This document shows positions 15,754 through 22,034 of a stretch of DNA of 54,227 nt, one piece after another. Origin of the DNA: a virus (lineage: Duplodnaviria > Caudoviricetes); IMG/VR virus record IMGVR_UViG_3300032249_000551, positions 1 to 54,227 of that record, one strand, 5' to 3'. Under the pieces are notes generated by a model, which made no database searches, was not told the origin of the DNA, and saw nothing but the letters and a program-made list of their open reading frames with translations. The first letter of the stretch is position 1, and every line of letters starts with the position of its first letter. Position numbers and translations under genes: made by a program.

Positions 15754-16080
15754 ATGAGAACAGTTAAAGAAGTTATAGATTATTTATCCACACTTAATCA
15801 AGACGATAAAATCTGGGCAATCTGGGTTGATAAAGAAGAACTAGCACAGATAATTACAGATACAGAGTACGAAGATGAAAACGGAAATCTACTTGAAGTC
15901 ACACCAAAAGAAATTAGTAATGACTTTCTTGAAGATGTAATGCAAAGCGTAGATAACGCGGAGTATGTGTGGGACAGGTTTTCAGATGAAGTAAGAGATG
16001 AAACAAGGAATAAGTGGGAAAAACTACATGAAAAAATAACCGAAGCAAAAGAAGATACAGACCTATGGGATAAGGAGTAA
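15754..16080 (+). CDS. Hypothetical acidic protein (probable paralog of previous gene)
   Basis: AAGGAG RBS; ends TDLWDKE. Confidence 0.75.
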   Translation: MRTVKEVIDYLSTLNQDDKIWAIWVDKEELAQIITDTEYEDENGNLLEVTPKEISNDFLEDVMQSVDNAEYVWDRFSDEVRDETRNKWEKLHEKITEAKEDTDLWDKE

Positions 16081-16084
16081 GTAA

Positions 16085-16513
16085 ATGACAACACTAGAGG
16101 TACAACAAGAAACGAAAGTAAGTGTAAGTGGCAATCTATCGTTCTATTGTTATGTGACACTAAAAGATAGTGAGCAGATAATCATAGACATTCCCGAAAA
16201 AGAATGGACAGGTGGAACTTACAAATCTACTGGTGTGATAAAGAAGGTTAGGTTAGAACAAATCTGTTACCAATCGGGATACGGAGATAATCCGCAAGTT
16301 TATCTTTACTCAATAGAGTTTCGTGGGTTTAGAAAAGACAAAGGGTTGCGGTACAGAACAGAACGACTACATAGCCCTGACCAAGAAGTGATAGACCAAA
16401 TACCTGATGAGTACCACACTTACGCGAGAGTCGCGTTTGTAAAGAAGGTAGCAGAACTACAAGAAGAACTAACGACTATGACTAATGGGGGAATACAAAT
16501 TGGAAAAAAATAA
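16085..16513 (+). CDS. Hypothetical protein
   Basis: 142 aa; TAAGGAG RBS. Confidence 0.75.
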   Translation: MTTLEVQQETKVSVSGNLSFYCYVTLKDSEQIIIDIPEKEWTGGTYKSTGVIKKVRLEQICYQSGYGDNPQVYLYSIEFRGFRKDKGLRYRTERLHSPDQEVIDQIPDEYHTYARVAFVKKVAELQEELTTMTNGGIQIGKK

Positions 16514-16535
16514 CACAACCGAAGGGACAAAAAGT

Positions 16536-17156
16536 ATGCGACTTACTAAGGGAATGAAACAACACAAAGAACAAATCTTGGTGGGTACAAGAGTACCTAA
16601 ATCAGATTTAACTTTACCAAAAGAAGTTTCAGACATTCTTATTGGACTACCACTAACAGAACGCAAAGCGTATGCAAGCGAGTTGCGTAAGGTTGGTTGG
16701 ACACTTCAATCTTTAGCGACACCGCTAAACCTAACGAGAGAGTCCATTCGTCTTTATACACTTGTGGAACACACAGGAGAAGTGTTAGCAAAGATTAGAC
16801 ACTTACCTATTGTTCAACCGCCTGTTATAGAAGTCTTTGTTGAAAGAGTGAAGCGTGTAAAGCCTGACCCAAAGGTGATAGCGCAACTAAAAGAACTTCA
16901 ACCTAAAGCGTTTATGGTTAGAGGTAAAGGCAAATCCAATCGTGAAGAAGCAGAACTTTATACACGACTTATCTATGAACTAATGGAGAGTGGTGTATCG
17001 GGTTATCGCATAGCAAAAGAACTTGGTGTTACCCATAGTGCGCTGGCGTTTCGTTTAGTGCGTTACGGATACACAACAAGCAACGGAACTTCTCGTTCAT
17101 ACAGACAACTAACACACCGAAAGACAGGAGAGGGAAATGCCGAACTGGTGCAGTAA
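16536..17156 (+). CDS. Double helix-turn-helix DNA-binding protein
   Basis: GWTLQSLATPLNLTRESIR and GVSGYRIAKELGVTHSAL; start reassigned to MRLTKG just after the 13-mer motif. Confidence 0.75.
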   Translation: MRLTKGMKQHKEQILVGTRVPKSDLTLPKEVSDILIGLPLTERKAYASELRKVGWTLQSLATPLNLTRESIRLYTLVEHTGEVLAKIRHLPIVQPPVIEVFVERVKRVKPDPKVIAQLKELQPKAFMVRGKGKSNREEAELYTRLIYELMESGVSGYRIAKELGVTHSALAFRLVRYGYTTSNGTSRSYRQLTHRKTGEGNAELVQ

Positions 17157-17775
17157 CGAATTAAAGATACAAGGTAGTCCTAAAGAACTTTCTAAACTTA
17201 TTAAGAAGGTTCAGATTACTAAAAGTGAAGCAACAGAAAATCATTGTGAGTCTGTGTTCTCTTGTCACAGAGTCATTCCAAGACCACTTGATAAAGAAGA
17301 TGAGTGGTACGAATGGAATGTTGCTAACTGGGGAAGTAAGTGGGACTTAAATGATGTTCGCTTTGACGGAGATGTAGATGATAAAGAAGTTTCTTATTAC
17401 TTTGAGAGTGCTTGGTCGCCTGTTGTACCTGTGATTGAAGCACTAGCAAAAGAGTTTAAGAAACTTTCTTTTACTTATACTTTCTATGAAACTGGTAGTG
17501 ATTACTGGGGCGAATTAGAGTATAAGAAAGGAGAACTGATAAGTGAAGATAGTGGTGATGTAAGTAGCGCAAGTTGCGAACGACTTGAATACTTAATGGG
17601 TAGTCACCACTACTGCGAAGATTGCTACGACCAAATAGAGTGCTACGGAGATAACACCGCAAAACTCTGTGAAGATTGTTTAGCAAAAGAAGATGAAGAA
17701 GATGTTTCTTTATGGGAAGGAGAAACAAGTGACTATCAAGCAAATAAATCTTTTGCAGATGTATCAAGTATCTAA
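17137..17775 (+). CDS. DUF1281/YubB ferredoxin-like domain protein
   Basis: MPNWC.N, WYEWNVANWGSKWD, FESAWSP motifs plus C-terminal CxxC..CxxC. Confidence 0.75.
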   Translation: MPNWCSNELKIQGSPKELSKLIKKVQITKSEATENHCESVFSCHRVIPRPLDKEDEWYEWNVANWGSKWDLNDVRFDGDVDDKEVSYYFESAWSPVVPVIEALAKEFKKLSFTYTFYETGSDYWGELEYKKGELISEDSGDVSSASCERLEYLMGSHHYCEDCYDQIECYGDNTAKLCEDCLAKEDEEDVSLWEGETSDYQANKSFADVSSI

Positions 17776-17968
17776 AGGTATTTATCAAACAAAAGATGAT
17801 TTGTTTCAGATAAAGAAGATAGACAACAAATGGAGTTGGTTCATACGAAGTGGCTCTGCTTGGGTAGCAAAAGACAAAAGACAATACAAAACAAAGTCGT
17901 GGTGCGAAAGGTGCATTGAAGTTGAAAGCGGTTTTGTTTATGATGATGAAACACTATGGGAAGGGTAA
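17729..17968 (+). CDS. Hypothetical protein
   Basis: GTG start after AAGGAG; ends DETLWEG. Confidence 0.6.
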   Translation: MTIKQINLLQMYQVSKGIYQTKDDLFQIKKIDNKWSWFIRSGSAWVAKDKRQYKTKSWCERCIEVESGFVYDDETLWEG

Positions 17969-17975
17969 AAGAAGA

Positions 17976-18164
17976 ATGGCAATTAAGTCGTACAAAGTAG
18001 AACTAACTACCGCGATTGCAGTAACACTAAACAATGACGAACACACCGCTAACAACTTGTGGGAAGTTATTGTAGGTAAAGCAAAAACTCAAATGATAGA
18101 CCAAGACATGAACGACAAGAACTATGTGTTGAAGGTTGTATCCGAAGTTACAGAAAGGGAATAA
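17976..18164 (+). CDS. Hypothetical protein
   Basis: Start reassigned to MAIKSYK. Confidence 0.55.
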   Translation: MAIKSYKVELTTAIAVTLNNDEHTANNLWEVIVGKAKTQMIDQDMNDKNYVLKVVSEVTERE

Positions 18165-18167
18165 AAA

Positions 18168-18341
18168 ATGATTTGCGATTATTGTTTGTCAAAAGAAACA
18201 GAGTTAATCTTCTGTAACTTATGCGAAACACACCAAGATAAAATGTCTAGCCTACTTGTTGTTTGCGCAAATCATAAAGAACTAGGACTAGCAAAAATAA
18301 AAAGGGAAGGAAGAAAAAATGGGAAAGTTATTCATTCGTAA
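18168..18341 (+). CDS. Small Cys-rich Zn-binding protein (57 aa)
   Basis: MICDYC...FCNLC...VCANH; AAGGGA RBS. Confidence 0.55.
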   Translation: MICDYCLSKETELIFCNLCETHQDKMSSLLVVCANHKELGLAKIKREGRKNGKVIHS

Positions 18342-18474
18342 GATTACAGAAGCAGATGAACTATGGTTCTGCGATAACTGTAATCAACAAGGTGTCCGAG
18401 CAAATGGCAAAGACATTGTGAGTGCTAAAGAAGTTGTGATGTGGGTCTGTTACAACTGTGTTGGCAAGGTATGA
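18319..18474 (+). CDS. Small Zn-finger protein (51 aa)
   Basis: WFCDNC...WVCYNC; GGAAGGA RBS. Confidence 0.55.
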   Translation: MGKLFIRKITEADELWFCDNCNQQGVRANGKDIVSAKEVVMWVCYNCVGKV

Positions 18475-18662
18475 AGTGCCAAGAGAAAACTGCTTACCCA
18501 ACTAAATACAAAGCAGAAAAAGCCATGAGTTTGATTTGGAAAAATCATTGGCTAAATAACAATAGAAAGAAACCTTGCGCTACTTACAAATGCGAAATCT
18601 GCGGTAAGTGGCACTTAACAAGCCAAGCCCGAAGGGACAAAACAAATAGCCCAAAGAACTAA
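18471..18662 (+). CDS. Small phage Zn-binding protein (YxCxxCGxWHLTS type)
   Basis: MKC.EK.AY...YKCEICGKWHLTS; ATGA coupling. Confidence 0.7.
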   Translation: MKCQEKTAYPTKYKAEKAMSLIWKNHWLNNNRKKPCATYKCEICGKWHLTSQARRDKTNSPKN

Positions 18663-19230
18663 GACCTGTATTGGTTGTTACAAGGCACTACCACTAACAA
18701 GGTTCAACAAGTATCCGCAAGGCTCATACGGCAGACGAGCAAGGTGTAAGTCGTGCCAAGCAATCCACCGCAAAGGTTCTGCCGATAGAACGGCAAAGCG
18801 TTTAGCGTTGGAGTCACAAGGTAAAAGACAATGTAGCAAGTGCGGAAAGAAGAAAGCCTTATCTTCTTTTCAACTTGCTACCCGCAAAGGCAGAACAAAA
18901 AGCAGAGAAGGTGTCTGCAAATCTTGTGTAAGTGAAAGACAAAAGAACAATCACTTGACTAAAAATCAAGAGATAAGGTTGTTCATCTACAACTACAAAA
19001 GAACTCACCCTTGCCAAGTGTGTGGTGAAACTGATGTAGAGATGTTGGAGTTTGACCACATTCACTCAAAGAAGTTTGACATTAGCAACGGAGTATCTAA
19101 AGGTGTGAGTATGCACTTGCTAAAGAAGGAACTTGCTAAGTGTGTTGTGTTATGTTCCAATCACCACCGCAAGAAAACGCACGCTGAACGCAACACTTGG
19201 TTGCACAGGCTTGCAAAAGAAGAAGCATAA
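18646..19230 (+). CDS. HNH endonuclease with two N-terminal Zn-knuckle repeats; no canonical start for the full-length frame
   Basis: Frame open from 18619; KTCIGC...CKSC and RQCSKC...CKSC, then CQVCG...LEFDH...KCVVLCSNHH; candidate ATA start at 18646. Confidence 0.7.
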   Translation: MAQRTKTCIGCYKALPLTRFNKYPQGSYGRRARCKSCQAIHRKGSADRTAKRLALESQGKRQCSKCGKKKALSSFQLATRKGRTKSREGVCKSCVSERQKNNHLTKNQEIRLFIYNYKRTHPCQVCGETDVEMLEFDHIHSKKFDISNGVSKGVSMHLLKKELAKCVVLCSNHHRKKTHAERNTWLHRLAKEEA

Positions 19231-19242
19231 AGAAACTACATT

Positions 19243-19288
19243 AAAGGGGATAGGTTGCCAACTGGCAATCTATCCCCTTTTTTGTTTT
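19243..19288 (+). terminator. Rho-independent terminator
   Basis: GGGGATAGGTTGCCA/TGGCAATCTATCCCC stem followed by T-tract. Confidence 0.85.
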
Positions 19289-19321
19289 GCCTTCTAAGTT
19301 ACTCGCTGGTAGGTTGTCCTT
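19287..19321 (+). promoter_or_regulatory. Leaderless sigma-A-type promoter of the recombinase
   Basis: TTGCCT - 17 bp - TAGGTT - 6 nt - ATG. Confidence 0.7.
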
Positions 19322-20674
19322 ATGGCTTACGCAATCAAACGCAAAGGGCGATTTACCGCCTATTACCGCCAAGACGGAAAAGTCAAATCCGTAGGCACAT
19401 TCTCATCTAGGGCTAAAGCAATTAACGCTGGATTACTCGCCGAAGAAGGCGAGTTTAATCTAATGCCCGAAAACCAAAAGACATTCAACACTTATTTAGA
19501 GCAATTAGCACTCTCACACGACATCAGAGTAATCACCCGTAAGAATTACATTACCCTGCTAAAGAAGTATGCCCAACCTTCTTTAGGGTCTAAGCGCATC
19601 TCCGCTATCACCAAGAAAGACATAAAGACCCTGTTTGATAATCTCGCAAATCAAGGGATTAGCCCAAGCACAATCTCACACCTAAAGACTTCTTTAGGTT
19701 CTCTATTCAGGCTCGCCGTTGATGATGACGCAATAGCCACAAACCCAACCCACCGCATAAGACTAAGCACGCCCAAGCCAGACCCCACATACACCCTAGA
19801 GCCTAAAGACTTTCAGGCTATCTTAAAGAACTTACCCACAGACGGAAGCCGTCTTTTAGCCCAGTTTCTTGTTGTTAGCGGCTGCCGATACGGAGAAGCC
19901 ACAGAACTTAGAGTCAAGGACTTTAACTTTGAGTCAAAGGAAGTCTATGTCAGACGCACAGTTTCAGATGTAGGCTACGCCTACCAGCCCGCAGGGACAA
20001 AGTCCGAGGGGACAAGATTTCTCATTGTGCCAGCTACCAAGAACGGCAATAAAAGAACTGTTGTTCTGAGCTCAGCTCTAGTATCAGAGATAAAGAAGTT
20101 TGTAAAGGCAAAAGCCTTAGCAAAAGAAGACCTAGTCTTCTCAAAGCACCTGGTTGAGAAGAAGAGTAAAATAGAAAGCCCTATCACAAGCGTAGGGAAG
20201 CCTTACACCATTGGAAGCAGGAGATTCCAACACGCAACGGCGTATTCATACAATGTCGGCGGTTGTAGGTGTGAAGCATGTAAAGAAGCGGTCAGGGAGT
20301 ACCGCAATCACTATAGAAAGGACAAGGGAAAGGGCAAGGTAGAAAGCCTTAGCAAAAGCACTAGCAAAAGCCTTAGCAAAAGCGAAAGCCCTAGCAAAAG
20401 CCTTAGCAAAAGCCTTAGCGAAAGACACCTACCTCGTGACAAGTGGCGAGCCATTTGGAACGAAGCCATCAACAAGTCAGGGATTGGTTGGTACCCCACT
20501 ACTCACGACCTTCGGCACGCTAACGCTACCCAGTTGTTAAAGAACGGGGTAGATGTGCATGAGGTCAAAGAGCGGTTAGGTCACCAGTCAATCGTAACTA
20601 CGGAGAGATACCTGCATCGTATCCGTCACCAGCAGTCAAACGCAGCCGAGGTTGTGAATGACTATTTGGAGTGA
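19322..20674 (+). CDS. Tyrosine recombinase/integrase with inserted Cys-rich module and SLSK repeats
   Basis: Catalytic R (GCRYGE), K (ATKNG), HxxR (HDLRH), H (LGHQ), Y (TERYLH). Confidence 0.92.
   Translation: MAYAIKRKGRFTAYYRQDGKVKSVGTFSSRAKAINAGLLAEEGEFNLMPENQKTFNTYLEQLALSHDIRVITRKNYITLLKKYAQPSLGSKRISAITKKDIKTLFDNLANQGISPSTISHLKTSLGSLFRLAVDDDAIATNPTHRIRLSTPKPDPTYTLEPKDFQAILKNLPTDGSRLLAQFLVVSGCRYGEATELRVKDFNFESKEVYVRRTVSDVGYAYQPAGTKSEGTRFLIVPATKNGNKRTVVLSSALVSEIKKFVKAKALAKEDLVFSKHLVEKKSKIESPITSVGKPYTIGSRRFQHATAYSYNVGGCRCEACKEAVREYRNHYRKDKGKGKVESLSKSTSKSLSKSESPSKSLSKSLSERHLPRDKWRAIWNEAINKSGIGWYPTTHDLRHANATQLLKNGVDVHEVKERLGHQSIVTTERYLHRIRHQQSNAAEVVNDYLE
20343..20424 (+). repeat. Tandem 12-bp repeat (AAAGCCTTAGCA)n, about 6-7 imperfect units
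   Basis: Read directly; related copies at 20108-20126 and 21219-21238. Confidence 0.85.
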
Positions 20675-21207
20675 TTATGAAACTAACAACAAAAGGAAAG
20701 ATAGTGTTTGGGTCGTTGTTTACAGCGATGTTTTTGATGGCAGGAATGTTGGCTTTACCGCCAGCATTTAGCCCAACAAAAGCCGAAGCACAAGCAATAG
20801 AGCAAGAAGCGCAAGAAGATGTACTAACCAAGTATGTCAATGCAGATGATTTAACTGACTCACAGTTAGTAGAGTTACTGCAAGCCGTAGGCTTCAAAGG
20901 TCACGACCTTAAAGAAGCATGGGCTATTGCGAAAAAAGAATCACATGGTAATCCGCTATCACACAACGGTAATCGTAAGACAGGAGACAACTCCTACGGT
21001 CTATTCCAAGTAAACATGCTTGGTTCATTAGGTGATGCAAGGCGAGATAAGTTCAATTTGGCTTCTAATGCTGAACTGTTCAACCCTGTGGTTAATGCCC
21101 AAATCGCTTATCACATGAGCGATGGTGGCACAGATTGGAGCGCATGGAAAGGTACTGAAACTGACGTAGTAAAGCGTTGGTTAAAGAAGTTTCCATCAGA
21201 GCAATAA
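20671..21207 (+). CDS. Secreted/membrane-anchored lysozyme-like lytic transglycosylase
   Basis: N-terminal TM/signal; AIAKKES (catalytic Glu), SYGLFQVN, NP..NA, DWSAW. Confidence 0.85.
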   Translation: MIMKLTTKGKIVFGSLFTAMFLMAGMLALPPAFSPTKAEAQAIEQEAQEDVLTKYVNADDLTDSQLVELLQAVGFKGHDLKEAWAIAKKESHGNPLSHNGNRKTGDNSYGLFQVNMLGSLGDARRDKFNLASNAELFNPVVNAQIAYHMSDGGTDWSAWKGTETDVVKRWLKKFPSEQ

Positions 21208-21252
21208 TCGTAGCCAAAGCAAAAGCCATAGCAAAAGCAGGTGCATAATAGG

Positions 21253-21285
21253 AAGCCCCCTCAGAAATGAGGGGGTTTTCTTTTT
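21253..21285 (+). terminator. Rho-independent terminator
   Basis: GCCCCCTCA-GAAA-TGAGGGGGT + T-tract. Confidence 0.85.
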
Positions 21286-21318
21286 GTGTTACACTCAGAG
21301 CAGGGAAGGGGGTAGTAA

Positions 21319-21477
21319 ATGGCAAAGCACCATGACAAAGTTGCAGCAGCACTAGCAACAAGAATTGCAAATATGCCGAAAGGCGATGGTTACAAGAAGC
21401 CTGGAAGTATGAATCCAAGAAAGACTGGATACATGAGCATTAAGGCTAATGAAGCAAAACGGATTTTAAGTAAGTAA
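21319..21477 (+). CDS. Small basic protein (52 aa)
   Basis: MAKHHDKVAAALATRIANMPKGDGYKKPGSMNPRK...; AAGGGGG RBS. Confidence 0.6.
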   Translation: MAKHHDKVAAALATRIANMPKGDGYKKPGSMNPRKTGYMSIKANEAKRILSK

Positions 21478-21481
21478 AGAT

Positions 21482-21510
21482 AAGCCCTGAGAAATCAGGG
21501 CTTTTTCTTT
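21482..21510 (+). terminator. Rho-independent terminator
   Basis: AGCCCTGA-GAAA-TCAGGGCT + T-tract. Confidence 0.85.
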
Positions 21511-21522
21511 ATCATTGTACTT

Positions 21523-21912
21523 ATGTCAATCCCATTAGCCACCTCATACCATGCAGGAGACCGTTCTTTTGAGCGAGATGTAGACTATCGCCTTGCTTCA
21601 AATGTAGTAAAACAAGGTCGTCAAACAATACAGGACAATGGAAACATTCTCCATGAAGACCGTGACCCTGACAATATTGACCATGTTATTAAAGTAATTA
21701 CAACGCCTCACCCAAAGAAGATTGTTACAGTTATTAGAGATAAGACTCGTCCTTTTGCGGAAGAGCAAGCACGAGCAAAAGCAGACAAGACTGCTAAAGG
21801 AGAAGCAAAAGCAAAAGCAGATACAACCGCTGCTCGTAAAGCGGCACAGAAAGCAAGAAAACAAGAACGTTCTGCAGCGGCTAGTAACAAACAGCCAAAA
21901 GGCAAGAAGTAA
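21523..21912 (+). CDS. DUF4258-like (RelE/BECR-like fold) protein with Lys/Ala-rich tail
   Basis: SYHA.DR..ER.V.......V..G...IKVI......IVTV pattern; TATCAT-7nt-ATG. Confidence 0.5.
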   Translation: MSIPLATSYHAGDRSFERDVDYRLASNVVKQGRQTIQDNGNILHEDRDPDNIDHVIKVITTPHPKKIVTVIRDKTRPFAEEQARAKADKTAKGEAKAKADTTAARKAAQKARKQERSAAASNKQPKGKK

Positions 21913-21915
21913 AAG

Positions 21916-21950
21916 AAGAAGCCCCCCAAATAACTGGGGGGCTTTTTCTT
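21916..21950. terminator. Bidirectional terminator between convergent gene blocks
   Basis: AAGAAGCCCCCCA-AATAAC-TGGGGGGCTTTTTCTT. Confidence 0.8.
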
Positions 21951-22034
21951 AGTCTCTACACGAGTAACAAATACCGTCAGAAGATTCTTTTGGTAGTTCT
22001 TCAAACTCTTCAAAACATTTTACGCACTTTATTT

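Larger units (their letters stand above)
10631..20016 (+). repeat. Dispersed 13-mer CCG(A/C)AGGGACAAA, seven copies, all on plus strand
   Basis: 10631, 12469, 14671, 16519, 18629, 19989 and variant CCGAGGGGACAAG at 20004. Confidence 0.9.

Noticed and set aside
14323-15980. GGGACA(A) matches at about 14324, 15737 and 15971 as extra copies of the 13-mer
   Set aside because: They lack the CCG(A/C)A half and are explained by Met-Gly-Gln or Trp-Asp codons
17011-18300. Scattered TAGCAAAA matches as part of the 12-bp repeat family
   Set aside because: Each reads x-Ala-Lys in preferred codons, so coding bias is enough to explain them
20343-20424. CRISPR-like array
   Set aside because: Units are 12-bp head-to-tail repeats with no unique spacers, in frame within a CDS
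19231-21320. attP site next to the recombinase
   Set aside because: No tRNA-like core or identifiable att sequence; intergenic space is taken up by terminators and a promoter
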